DNA from: Eledone cirrhosa
Taxonomy: Eukaryota
DNA length: 64,000 nt
Direction of reading: 5' to 3'
Assembly: GCA_964016885.1 (NCBI GenBank)
Contig: OZ024746.1
Span: forward strand, 47,244,001 to 47,308,000
Below, piece by piece: positions 13,273 through 25,946 of this stretch (the stretch's first letter is position 1; the number at the start of each line of letters is the position of its first letter). Position numbers and translations under genes: made by a program. The notes under the pieces are model-generated. The model was not told the DNA's origin and searched no databases. It saw nothing but the letters and a program-made list of their open reading frames with translations.

Positions 13273-14342
13273 GAGGGGAGAAGAAGAGAGGAGAGGAGGG
13301 GAGAAGAAGAGAGGAGAGAGGGGAGAGAGATAGAAAGAAACAGAGAGAGTGTTTGTTTTCTGTATAGTTTACATTAACTCAGTCTACATTCACAAAGCAT
13401 TGTTCAACTAGAATCTATGGTAGAAGACACTGCTACAATTTGAAATACAGTAAATATCTGCAGACGATTACTGTCTTAAATTCATTCAACTCCATGTTTG
13501 TTACTGATGTTTATTCTACCCGATTCTAGAAGATATAAAGGGAATGTTGGTAGAAATGTTACCTTTAGCTTCTGTCTTACTTATAATCTGGCTATTTACC
13601 AACTCCTTTAATATAAGCCAGAGTAATTTCGTATCTTGCTTATTTTCTTTTGAGTAAGTCATTATAATTTAGGAAATTGTCACAAAATTGCACTCCAGTA
13701 AAATTACTTTTATTCACAACATTCTGGGTGTCATTTTCATTTATGAAATTTCTTGGCTCGCTACATTATGTATATTAGCATAAAAGTTAGCACGAATTTT
13801 TTTATGTAGTATGCGTCCCTGTGTATTCTTCCGCATTTATTCACTAAAACCTTACATTTTCTCCGACCATTCTAAGATCTGACAATACAGTTAGACTATG
13901 CTTCGCTAATAACGTCTATTAAGACCGAAACATGTCCTTAATTTTCACAGTACTACCAAAGCTCTCACTGCATTCTGTATTTAAGTAACTTTAATTAACT
14001 TTGATATCTAGATCGTCTCGCCTGAAGGAGTGAAGGAGGGAGTAATTTTAATTAAATTATAGACTATGTATATATTTTAAGTTAATGCTAACTTCACTAT
14101 TAGCGTATTCCATATTAGAAATGTAGGATTTGCTATAATGTTTAGTATGAAATATGTTTGTTGTTCCACTAAACAATATTGACAATAATCTGATCATACA
14201 CATACTCGTCAGCAAACAGAATGACACACACATTCACAAACACACACTTGCACATGTCATTACTTTACTTGACAAGTAAAGTGGGCGACTACACTTTATA
14301 TTCAAATATAAATAAGAATAATAAGCCTTGGGCAATAGGTAA

Positions 14343-14416
14343 GGTTCTATGGTGTAATGTGGTTAGCACTCTGGTCTTTGAATCCAGTGATCCGAGTTCA
14401 AATCTCGGTAGAACCT
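14343..14416 (+). pseudogene. tRNA-Gln(TTG), probably defective
   Basis: 2-nt D-loop insertion and anticodon-stem mismatch. Confidence 0.7.
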
Positions 14417-14623
14417 ATTTTATACTATTTTTTTCATTTTAAGAATGTTTCTTTTTAAACAACGAATTATACATAATTATGGATACGATAGAAACTACAT
14501 AATTATAATAAAAATGAACATATATAGGAATATAGTACCTTAGACTTCTTAGTGTATATATAATTACACATATACTTTTATATCAGTATATTAATGAAAA
14601 CAATTAGTTTTCTACGCAAACAT

Positions 14624-14686
14624 GGTTCTATGATGTAATGGTTAGTACTCTGGACTTTGAATCCGGCGATCCGAGTTCGAACCTCT
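14624..14686 (+). pseudogene. tRNA-Gln(TTG), 3' acceptor strand lost
   Basis: Matches tRNA-Gln up to GAGTTCGAACCTC, then diverges. Confidence 0.75.
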
Positions 14687-14997
14687 TTTCCTACAGCTTT
14701 TTGTTTTATAATTTAGATCAGAATTACTCTTCGAATACCAACATATATATAAATATATAATGCATGGGTGTATCTCAAGCCACATATGTATTCTGAATTG
14801 TGTAGTTTTTTCCTTAGTGCGTGTTGTTCAGTGCATGGCAAGAAGAGTAAGGTATAGGGAGTGGAGAGGGAAAAGTTAGAATGTAATAGAATACAATACA
14901 ATAGACAAAAGAAAACTAACTATTATCGCTATCTTTTAGTTTCCTTTCTTCAATCAAGAAGGAAACGCCAGTTTAATGAGAATGTTGCTCATGTATT

Positions 14998-15954
14998 ACT
15001 AGACATGAAAAATGCGCAAGCTCAAAAGTGCCACAGAATGTTATAATAAACCTTCAAAAGTGTGGGACTAGAGTTGTTGCTAAAAAATATTGTAATCATT
15101 ATATATCGTACATTCTGTGGCATCCTTTATAAAAATAGCTTAAACCAACGAAGCCTTTATTTTTACGCTATTTCACTTAGTTAATTCTTAGAGTGTAACA
15201 TATAAAAATATGATTTACAACTATAAAATAAATTAATTAATATAATAACAGAGCTGCGGAGCTGAAATTTAGGAAATAATGGAGTATCGGATTCTGAGTT
15301 GGAGCCATTCAATTTTTGACCGACTCCGCAGCCCTGTATAATACATTTCATATTAAAGTTATTAATAAACCTATTTTACACTTCATGCAAATTACCACGA
15401 GATATTGATATTAGATATAAGATACAGCGCAATATCTACAGCTGTAAAAGTACGAAAGCGAAGTAATAATAAGTGGCTTAAGGTAATTCCAATATGAAAG
15501 TTTGTAGTGATAAAAATTTGATAATACAATACGATTGTTAATATTATAGTTCTATGAAAATGTAACAATAGATAACTAAATTATTTTACTATTAGTATAT
15601 TTAAGAAATTATCATTATAGATTTGATCGTTCATATAAGCATCATATTAAGTTTCAACACAATTATTTTGTTACTATGAGTATATGATAATAATATTACG
15701 TAATTATTTATAGCTGTTATTACATTAAACATAGATGTATTTATTTTTATATGTTACACTCTAAGAATTAACTAAGTGAAATAGCGTAAAAATAAAGGCT
15801 TCGTTGGTTTAAGCTATTTTTATAAAGGATGCCACAGAATGTACGATATATAATGATTACAATATTTTTTAGCAACAACTCTAGTCCCACACTTTTGAAG
15901 GTTTATTATAACATTCTGTGGCACTTTTGAGGTTGCGCATTTTTCATGTCTAGT
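14998..15954. mobile_element. Foldback/MITE-like element with ~213-bp terminal inverted repeats
   Basis: 14998-15210 is a near-perfect reverse complement of 15742-15954 (ACTAGACATG..CATGTCTAGT); no ORF. Confidence 0.8.
15249..15336. mobile_element. Tiny hAT-like MITE nested in the foldback
   Basis: TIRs CAGAGCTGCGGAG / CTCCGCAGCCCTG; flanking 8-mers TATAATAA and TATAATAC. Confidence 0.65.
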
Positions 15955-16504
15955 TTAATATTTTTTTAAGGCAACGCTTGTAATAACTCTAGTTAAACAG
16001 GATATATATTAATAATAAATTATCGTTGTAATGTAATTAGATTATGTAATTGTTATTATAAATTATCTTATAAATATTAGTGTAAGATGTATAAAAATAT
16101 TTTCAGACTTTTAATATAAACAACTACAAAAAACAATCAATATTAAATCAATATATTATACATAATAGAAAACATAAAATATACAATACAAAAACAAAAT
16201 ATTTACATACATTTGCAATTATCAGTGTATATACATTTTCTTTATATTCCCTGAGCAAATTAATAAGATTTGTTTTTATTGTACATAATTTGATGACTTG
16301 TTGGAGTGTATTAAAAGATAGCAACAATTTGTGATTAAATTGTTATCTTAAGCAACTCACTTTTTAATAGTTGTTGGCTGAGCGAAATTGTAAAAGCCTA
16401 TGAGCAAATATAAAAAAAAATACACAAACAACATTTCCTTGTGTTATTACAACATTAGATAAAATAATTGAGCAATGTCGTTATATTTTGCTCTTATTGC
16501 ACAT

Positions 16505-16680
16505 TAATAGTGTTTCTATTTTTCGGCACAAATCCATTACGGCAGTCCATTACTGGTACTTTATTTTATCGAATTAGTAAGTATGAAAGTCGAAGTTAAC
16601 CTCGGCAGGATTTGAACTTAGAATGCAAAGGACCATAACAATACTGCAAAGCATGGTGTCTGACGCTCTACCAATACTTG
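16505..16680 (-). mobile_element. Diverged tRNA-derived SINE
   Basis: ACTGGTACTTTATTTTATCGA..GGATTTGAACT..GACGCTCTACC is the reverse complement of the SINE consensus. Confidence 0.75.
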
Positions 16681-17068
16681 TGTTGAGCTGGTCATTAATT
16701 TATGGTGGTCGTGCGTGAAGTAGAGCAATCGCTAGTTGAAATATTATGAACAAAACATTTTTATTTGCCGAAGAACATATTTTCAATACTGTTTGTGAAT
16801 GTGACGAAGGAAATACATTCTGATATGGAACAGTGTACAAAGTGTGTCTGTGAATAACATAATGTTACCTCATGTTGTTGTCAAGACATAATGGATTTCG
16901 TTTATCCAGTTAGAAGATGAAACCTAGCCATCTCGGATTAGTTATATTTCATGCCATGTGTAAACGTGTTTGAGGATAGCAAAATATGCGCGTTAATTAT
17001 AATAATTAGTTAATAATATTACAAAATATACCTAATTAAACTCTTTGCTTGAAATTTTATCATTCTTC

Positions 17069-17177
<109 letters not shown>

Positions 17178-20100
17178 TCTAGTCCTTCGCTCAAGATTAA
17201 TCTATAAGTTTAGATGTTTGCCTTCGTTTAAGTAAATATTACAGTAAGATTTTTAATATAAACAACTACAAAAAACAATTAATATTAAAACGAAAAAATT
17301 ATCAATGATAAAAGAAGCGGATGCAACTTTTTTTTTTATAAAGTTATATTCCTGTTTCTTTAAAGAACATTTCATTTTTGTTCTATTGTAGGCGAAATAA
17401 TGCAATGGTTTAATAGGGAAGATATAACTTACGAATTATGTCTCTAACCGTGTAACGCTTTTTAAGTAGATAACTACAATTGAAAATACTAAAGAAATGG
17501 AACCAACAATTCAATTTGAAAGTCGTCTAGTGACAGTGTATTACTGGTACTTTATTTTATCGACCCCGTAACGATGAAAGGCAAAAATGCAAATGCTTAA
17601 AATTTAAATTGCCTTAATTCTATCGTCTGCTGTTTCATTAAAGGGAGATTATCGTCTGTATTTAATTCTATCGTCTACTGTTCCACTAAACAGATATACC
17701 TCCACTATCGTCTCTATTTATACATTTTAACTTATAACTTATACACATTTGATTTGAAATATTTTATCTAGTCCCCCCCTCTCAATATTATGATGATTTC
17801 TTTCGAATGAAACAGTTCTAGTCCTGTAGAAGCCATTTATATATATAATTGAACTGAGTTAAAAATTCACAATATTTATAATTAAATAAGCTCATATATA
17901 TATGTGTGTATTTATCTGTTTATTGTATTATATATAATGTGTGTATATACAGGATGTCCCCCAAAAATATATACACACTTCAACAGCATTCTAATAACTA
18001 TTGCCTGTACAGGTAATCAAAGTGTCAATCGAATGTTAGTTTCGTGTTTTAACAGTACAAATTTACAATACACACATAAAACCAGTGTATATACATACAT
18101 GAATGTGTATACACATACATGAATGTGTATATACAATATATATGTATATATATATAGACACATATATTCACGGTGCAACGGTACATTAAAATATAGATGC
18201 GGGAGAGGGGGGTGTATATATAGGGGCGCTGGGGATAAAGGAGTGTAAAGCGTGTGTAATTGATATATTGAAGGAGAGGAGCGTGCAGCGATAGAGTAAC
18301 AAATATATAGAGAGGGGGAGAGATGGTATTGAAGGGGAGGAGTGCAAAGCGAAAGAGTAAGAGATATATATAGAGACGGAACAGATAGAGAGAAACAGGC
18401 GTAAGTAACAGTGGAAGAGATATAGAGAGAGGTACTCTGATTGGTTGAAAATTAGCCAATGACATACGATCACCACCACCACGGCTATCCCCGAAAAATT
18501 TTTAAAGAAGCTAGGCATATATGTTAGAACACGAAAAGTGAACATTCTGTGTTTCACACTTTTCGTGTTCTAACAGATTCAGTACATAACCAGAAAGTTG
18601 ATTCATGTAAATTGCCTACTGAACATTTTCCTTTGGCTAATTTTCTACTGCTCTGCGTTTTATCACTCTACTTATACATCGATGCCTGTGTGTAGGGATG
18701 ACGTAGGTTTATGAGGGACTCTTAGATTTCATAAACTATATATGTATATTCATTTCAAAAGAAGGTATTTACCTTAAAATATGATGACGAAATATATTGG
18801 GTAAAATATTATTTTATTTTGTTTTGACATCCTTGTACCCCCAAACCAACTTTATATGTAATCCTTTTGGAACCATTTGACAAACAATGTTTAACTATCT
18901 ATATACAACAATTCAATTATTGATGAATTAGTGTGAGTGGAATAGAACGTGAGGCGAAATAATGTCGATGTTCGATTAAATTGTGTCATGAAATGATTAA
19001 AACAAGATTTAGAAATGTCAATATTTGAATGTATTCTTGTTTGTTTTTTTTGTAATATAATAGTTGTTCCTCTTGCTGATGCCAGAGTTCAGTGACCTGA
19101 CCATTGAAAAATAGAATAAACACAAGTCAGTCAAGCGTTTGCGTTTATGTTTACTTTTTCAGAAAGAGAATATTTCAAAAGGTAACAATATATGAAGACC
19201 GTGTGAAATCTCTAAAAAACAAAACTTTCTTGCCAGCATAATTATAATTTTCTTTTTCCTTGTGGAATACGAACATATTTATTTTCTTGCGTTTATAAAC
19301 TGTTTTTGTTAATACATATCACAGATTTTTTTTCCTTTCATTTTACATACAAATATTTCTGTGAGATTACTATTTACGCGTGTATAGTCCTATTGATTTA
19401 TTATTTTCAAGCAAATTTGATAGGAATCGACTTTCAGTATATAAGGGATGCTAGATAGTTATTTCAACGATCGTGTAGAGATGAAAGGTAATGTCGATCG
19501 TCATAGAGATTGAAATGGGAGCAAAAAGGATTGTACTATATATCACAATGCATTTTGTTCGTTGCAACATGTTTCAAGATGCTATATCCATATTACATGA
19601 TGTTATTGAAATTAATATATAATTCTAACATCAACGAGTTGCAATAGATTAATTCCGAACAATACTTGACTTGTGTTTATTTTATCCGAGCAGGACGGAT
19701 AACAGTCAAATCCCATCTCAATTTTATATGTGCAACTTTCCTTTTAGATTTCTAATAATTAAATAACAGTTGTTATTAGGTTTTATAATTTTTGTTAAAG
19801 CGTATGCGTATTTCCTTAATATTTCTTCTACACTTTGTCCGTGAACATATAAATTGGAAGATGACGTATTGTTGTTAGATGACTTTGGTATTATTGTCTG
19901 GCTGAGGTGTTTATTAGCAGCATGGGTTATTGTCGTTTTATATCTCAGCTTGTAATCAGGTTGGATGTGCTAATGTCATTATTGCCATGTGTTTTAATAT
20001 GTGCCTGCTAACTTTCTTTTTAAATAGAGAGCGTTATTTGCAGTGTTAATTATTCTTTCTTTTTTTTTTTTACTTTTTATTTTGCAGTTAATTTAATTTC

Positions 20101-20585
20101 CATTATTAATTTTCTTATTTTTCATAGAATTCTATATAACTTTGCTTTATTAACAACTAATCTAATGCAGTTTGTGTTGTGCAATTCAATGTGTTGCAGT
20201 GTCACCTTGTTATAAATGTATTGAAAGCCGGTGAGAATGTTTTGTATCAGTATTAATAAGGCAATAAGAACATTATTGATTAAAAAGATAAAACGTAAGA
20301 GCAGACATGTTGTTGGTGTACATATAGATAGATAGATGGATAGATATAGGCAGATAGCTAGATAGATATATTTCTTTATTTACTATAAAGGCATAAAAAG
20401 AAGGGACAAATACAAAGGGGGAGTTTACATACAATCGAGTAAAAAGGGTATAAAATGAAAATAATCGAAAACAACCTCAAAAGGGAGGGGACGTGATGGG
20501 GGTTGCATACACCCCCGAAAAAGTGTGCAATCCTTTGCCCGGGGAGCACATGGAGAAGGTGCTCCCCTCTCCTTCACTTCTTTAC

Positions 20586-23504
20586 CTACAGGATGGTATA
20601 CAGAGAAGGCCCATTTACACGAGCCATTCTCGCCACTATCACCCACCTTTCATAAAACTGCCTGTGGCCAAGCACCTCTCTCTCCATTCTTATCCTTCTT
20701 CCGAAGTGATATCGGAAGAAGTAGACCAGACTATGGCCAGAGAGGAAGTTGCCTGACCTCAGACCTTTCAATCGTGTCCACCAAACAACCTCTTTCAACA
20801 TGGCTATTACGCACAGAAAAACCGCCTTTGCTTCCTTTGTGAAGAGGGGAGGCGGTTTGATTGTCATCACGGACTCGGCGGTTAATTGAATCGGCGCCGC
20901 CCGCGACAGCAGTCGTTCGGCGGAGCCCCACAGATCAGCCACGCTCGGACATTGCACCAATGCGTGCGCAACGGTTTCTTCGTAACGCACGCATCTAGGG
21001 CAAATCTTTTTCGAGGGATCCCTGCCCGGGGGCCCGTGTCTGTAGAGCCTCTCTCGAACGGGTAGAGCCCCCCGGTAGCACTGCCAGGCTAGTGACTTCT
21101 GGAAGTTGTCCATTGGTCCCGGGCCGAAAGTCCTACCGAACAGGCTGGCCAGTTCGTCCTCCTCCATGTCCAGCGACTCTCCAAGGGTGTCATCGCCCCT
21201 GCTAGCCCCCAGCCCTCTATAGAATGATGAGGTGGATTCTCCACCGATGGCCTGGCCCGCTTGCCAGAGAGCCCTGAGCGCCTGAGCACACTCAGTGTGC
21301 CAGTCTCCCAGTTTTCCGGATCTTTGCTTGACCCAGGACTGCAGCTCGGTGAGCGAGACGAGTCTCGGAAAGGCTCGTTTCACGAACGGAGCCCACACCG
21401 GTTGACCAGTGAGGAATACCTGTAGGTGCCGTAGCCTTAATGCGTGCCTACGCATCATCAACCACGGCATCCCCAGCCTTCCTTTCGAAGGTTGTTGGCA
21501 GCAGATGGATCTTCTCACCATAGGAGGGCGCTTCTTCCAAAGAAATTGGAAGAGCATGCGTTCCATGGTGGTGAGTGTTTCCTTAGGGCAAGGCACGACA
21601 GTCAGGCGGTAGTAAGTGACGGACGCTATGTAAATGTTCGCCACCTCCGCCCGGCCTTTTAGGGACAGCTTACACTTGGCCCATTTCTGGGTTAGTGCAA
21701 ACACCTTGTTCGTAACCTCGTCCCAGTTCTTTTCCACCTGGAGGTCCGGTCCAAACCAGACCCCAAGCAACTTTACCGGGTCCTCCGTCCAGTGTCCGAC
21801 GACACCGTCGGGAGGCATCGGTCTGCCTCTCCACGTTCCGAGTTGCAGCCCGATGGATTTTTCCCGGTTCAGTTTCGCTCCTGACAACCTTTCGTAATCC
21901 TCCAGTAAGGTACCGATCGCCTCGATCTCCGAGTCGGTCGATACCATTACTGTTACGTCATCGGCGTAGGCCGACACCGCTTTGCTCAATCCTGGTTCCA
22001 GGGGGATACCCTGCAACAACTCCAACTTCCTCAGTAAAGGCTCGAGAGTCAATACGTACAGAAGGGAGGAGAGAGGGCACCCCTGTCGAATGGATCGTGT
22101 GATTTCGAACGGCTTCGAAAGGTAGCCGTTCACCTTGATCCTAGAACAGATGTGGTTGCTATGTAAGGCAGTGATCCAGCCTCTGAAAACAGGACCGAAC
22201 CCAGCCGCCGCTAGCACCGCATCCAGGTAACCATGGTCGACCCTATCGAAGGCCTTAGACTGATCCAAGTTGATCAGGGCCCCACCGAAGCCGGGTTTGT
22301 TGCCAACCCTCTCTATGATGTATCGCATGAGGTGGAGGTTATTGTGAATGGACCTGGATGGGATAGCACATGTCTGCGCATCTCCCACCAGGCTACCCAC
22401 GACAAGCGCCAACCTCTTTGCTAACACCTTGGCCAAAATCTTTAACTCTGTGTTTAGCAGGGTTATGGGCCGAAAATTATTAATACTATCCCCCTTGTTC
22501 TCGTCCTTCCTCACCAGCGAGACTACGCCCTTGGCTACAGAACAAGGAATTCTCCCGTTCTGCTGCCAATTGCAGTAGACCGATTCGAGGAGTTCGGAGA
22601 AGAAGACTGGCATTGCTAAATAAAGTTCGTAAGGTATACCATCTAGACCTGGAGATTTGCGTCTGCTGCATTGGCTCAGCGTATCTCCGATCTCATCAGC
22701 CGAGATTGGTCCCTCGCAGGACTCTGCCTCTTCGCTCGAGAGACGCGGCAGGCCGTCGAGGTATGGACCGAAATCCACGTCCCCGCCCGGACCCTCGCCT
22801 CCCCCGAACAATCGGGCAAAGTGCCTTTGAAAGGCCTCGCACATCTGCTTAGGCTCCCGGATCACCCGTCCATCCTCGTCTTGCAACGACCGGATGGTGG
22901 ATCGATTTCCACTCTTAGCTTCTGTCACGCGGGCCCAGCCAACGGCTTTGGCCCCTTCATTACCTAGAGCACGTATTTTACTTCGAATGACACAGCCTTC
23001 GTGCTTTGCATCGAAAAACTGGTTCAAGGCCGTCCTCGATGCCAGCACTCTGGCCACATCTTCGCTCTTGATTGCCTCTTCTAATTTACCTGTTAATTCT
23101 TTCTCGTTTCTATTTCTATCGGCAGCTAACATCTTGCTATAACTTATTGATTCTGTTCTAATCTCTCTTTTGAGAGATGCCCACCATCGGTTGTTGACGA
23201 TTGCACCCGTCAACCTCTCCTTAACTAATCTGCTAATCCGGTTTCTGTAAGTCTCTTTTGCCGGTAAAGACAAATTAAGTTTCCAGTAACCGGGACCCTG
23301 TTTATGTGTTTTCTCGAGATTGACTACGCAGGTCACTAATTTGTGATCTGTATAGCCAACCGTGCGCATTTCTGGACAGCTTAATATGTTCCTATCCTTA
23401 CTTCTAACTAAGAATCTATGTAAGTACGATCTAGATTGACCACTGTGGTTTCTCCAAGTCCAGGTAGGCACAGTTGGAAAATCTAGTCGATATCTATCGA
23501 CCAA
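20586..23504 (-). CDS. Tx1 ORF2 major part: APE end, reverse transcriptase, C-terminal Cys/His motif (frameshifted from the APE N-terminus)
   Basis: TDH, GYWKLN, KSPGLDG, FRPITLLN, DQSKAFDRV, QGCPLS, YADD and CPRC..ETVAH..C motifs. Confidence 0.9.
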   Translation of the reverse strand: MVDRYRLDFPTVPTWTWRNHSGQSRSYLHRFLVRSKDRNILSCPEMRTVGYTDHKLVTCVVNLEKTHKQGPGYWKLNLSLPAKETYRNRISRLVKERLTGAIVNNRWWASLKREIRTESISYSKMLAADRNRNEKELTGKLEEAIKSEDVARVLASRTALNQFFDAKHEGCVIRSKIRALGNEGAKAVGWARVTEAKSGNRSTIRSLQDEDGRVIREPKQMCEAFQRHFARLFGGGEGPGGDVDFGPYLDGLPRLSSEEAESCEGPISADEIGDTLSQCSRRKSPGLDGIPYELYLAMPVFFSELLESVYCNWQQNGRIPCSVAKGVVSLVRKDENKGDSINNFRPITLLNTELKILAKVLAKRLALVVGSLVGDAQTCAIPSRSIHNNLHLMRYIIERVGNKPGFGGALINLDQSKAFDRVDHGYLDAVLAAAGFGPVFRGWITALHSNHICSRIKVNGYLSKPFEITRSIRQGCPLSSLLYVLTLEPLLRKLELLQGIPLEPGLSKAVSAYADDVTVMVSTDSEIEAIGTLLEDYERLSGAKLNREKSIGLQLGTWRGRPMPPDGVVGHWTEDPVKLLGVWFGPDLQVEKNWDEVTNKVFALTQKWAKCKLSLKGRAEVANIYIASVTYYRLTVVPCPKETLTTMERMLFQFLWKKRPPMVRRSICCQQPSKGRLGMPWLMMRRHALRLRHLQVFLTGQPVWAPFVKRAFPRLVSLTELQSWVKQRSGKLGDWHTECAQALRALWQAGQAIGGESTSSFYRGLGASRGDDTLGESLDMEEDELASLFGRTFGPGPMDNFQKSLAWQCYRGALPVRERLYRHGPPGRDPSKKICPRCVRYEETVAHALVQCPSVADLWGSAERLLSRAAPIQLTAESVMTIKPPPLFTKEAKAVFLCVIAMLKEVVWWTRLKGLRSGNFLSGHSLVYFFRYHFGRRIRMEREVLGHRQFYERWVIVARMARVNGPSLYTIL

Positions 23505-24022
23505 GTTAAAACGGTCGAGTAACCCCTTGAGGCTGTTGCACCCCCTCTATTAGGACATGCTCCTGCATAGTCCCAACGTGCATCTAGGATGTCATTCCAA
23601 TCCCCCGCTAGAAGCAGGGAACGCGACGTTCCCAGAAAAGTCTCCAAACGCTGGAAGAAGTCGAGCCGTTCAGCTCCGAAAGGGGAGTAGACGGCGACCA
23701 GTCTCAAGGCCGCACCTTCACTACTGCCAACGTCTAGCACCAACAAACGACCCTCCGGGTCCGAGTGAACAACCTGTAAGGCAAGACCCAGGTGTTTTTG
23801 CAGCAGTACGACAACCCCACCCCCACCTCCAGGTTGACAGAGAGATGCATGCACCTCAAAGTCATCGAAGGTAGGGGCCAGCTGCCGCACGACGCTGATC
23901 CGTGTCTCAGAGATAACCATTACATTTATACCACATGACCTGAGGTCATTTAGAAGCTTTGCTTGCTTCCAAGTTGAGCCCAGGCCACGTGGATTCAAAC
24001 ATCCTACTCTTAACACATCCAT
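23483..24022 (-). pseudogene. Tx1 ORF2 N-terminal AP-endonuclease, out of frame with RT
   Basis: CLNPRGL, ISET, GGGV, GR, VYSP and GDWN motifs; frameshift near 23540. Confidence 0.85.
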
Positions 24023-24055
24023 GTGGGCGGCAGAGCCAAAGGAGAGTGTAGAGAC

Positions 24056-25752
24056 CTACCTTTCTGCTTCCCGGGGTTCGGGTCGCACGACTTCCATGGG
24101 GTCGGGGGTGTTGGGTGAAGGGGTGTCTTGTGGTGGTGTGGGGTCGTCAGTGTGTGGTGGGGTTGGGGTGTTTGGAGTTGTGTTGGGGAGGGGAAGGGGA
24201 GGGGGAAAGCTTTTTAGTAGGACGCGGTTTATGGGTTTGACAGAGGGTGGTCCTACGTCCTCCTTAAAATCCTTTTTTAGTTTTTGGTAGAGGTTCATTG
24301 GCATCTTTATTAGTTTTAAATGTGGGTAGTTTTCTGAAGAAACAAAGTTTACACCTTCGGTTTGTACCGAAGGATTATTGTTTATGAGTTCATTTAATTT
24401 ATTATTGTTTCTGTTGATGTAAGTATAGTGTAATGTCTTTTTTTCGGATGGTGTGAGTGTTTCGAAGAGGGGAGGGGCAGGTTTGGTTTTGTTTGTTGCT
24501 GGAGGGGTGTTTTGTGTTTTGTTGGATTGTGTTGACATTTGGGTGGGGGTTGTTTAGCCTTGTGTGTTTTGCACATGTTTTCTTTTTTTCCTTTTAATCT
24601 GTCTGAAGGACTCCGTTTCTTCCTCCGAATTCGTTGGGTTATCTTCAGTGTTGGAGGGAAGAGGTATGTTTGCTGATAATGTTTCCGTGTTGGTTTTCTT
24701 TGTGGGGGAGATGGATGTCACTATGTTAGACTGTGTTGTGTGTTGTGGCTGCGGTGGTTGTGTTGTTTTATTGAGTGAGGGGTTGGGTGGGACTGTATTT
24801 TGTTTTAGGGTAATGTCTTGTGACTGTTTGTGTTGTGGTGGTGGTGTAGTTTTACTGAGGGACGGGTTGGGTGGGACTGAGTTTTGTTGTTTGTTTATCT
24901 GTTGTGGTCGTGGAGCTGGTGTTGGTAGCAGGGTTTTCTTTTTGTTGAGTTGGGGACAAGCCGCCTTCAGGTGCCCTCTGCCTGCACAGATATGACAGGA
25001 CGGCCTTGTCCCCTCCACGCTAATGTTTATATACCCGTGTCCCTCTAATAGGATTCTGTCGGGTATTTGGGCGATGCGTTCAGGCTTCATTTGTACTACA
25101 AGTTCTATACCTGTTCCACTGAACGCATTGCCTGTGGTTTCCCAATGGAAATCACGTTGTCATTCGCTGGATCGATGAAGCCAGCTATGAGCCAGCAGTA
25201 GTCCACATCTGGCATCATTGCATCAAGCCATATGCGTTGAGTTCTTTTACCCATATGAGATGGATAAAAGGTAAAATTTGTCGAACGAATCGGTGACAAA
25301 GCACATTTTTTTGCCGCCGATTCGTTCTTCATAATAATCGCTAGGCTTCCATACAGTCTGTCTTTTCTTATGAAAGTGGTTTCATTAAGTACTTCTGTAA
25401 GTACTGTTTTGATTTCTGTTTGAGTTGGCTGTTCAGGTTTTTTTGAAGTGTTGTTGATGGTGCGGAAAACGACCGTTCGACTTTCAATGTCTTTGGTGAG
25501 TTCTTGAGGCATTTTTACCGATAAAATACCATTCTCTCCTTCAGTTATATATTGTTTGGCGTCTGCAATTCTTTGTGCCACATCTGAAATATTTTCAGGT
25601 ATATATGTCAAAGATTTCTTTGTTGTTTGTGCAAATGAAATATTATTGGTGTTGACTTTGTCGTCTGCTTTGCTTTCTGTTATGATGTTGTTTTCAAATG
25701 TTATTTTTGTGTTTGTCGTGTCTCTGTTTGTGGTATTAATATTGTCATGCAA
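24056..25752 (-). pseudogene. Tx1 ORF1 (gag-like) of copy A, broken into three pieces
   Basis: CHICAGRGHLKAAC zinc knuckle; colinear with the 482-aa ORF1 of copy B. Confidence 0.85.
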
Positions 25753-25946
25753 TTTTTCAAATTTTTTTTTTTTTCGTTGTTGGAATCCATGTCCAGATTT
25801 GTGTTTTCGTCATTTTTCTCAGCAGATTCGTCTGTTTTTATTTTATTTTTTCCTTCCTTCTCTATGACGTTAGTTGGGAAGGAAGGGGGGACTAAAGCGT
25901 GCGAGCTTAAAACTCTTACCGCTGTCCCACTCCACTATTTTCGTTC

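Noticed and set aside
23483-23560. Programmed frameshift between APE and RT in Tx1 copy A
   Set aside because: L1/Tx1 ORF2 is normally one frame, and copy A has further breaks in ORF1, so decay is the simpler explanation
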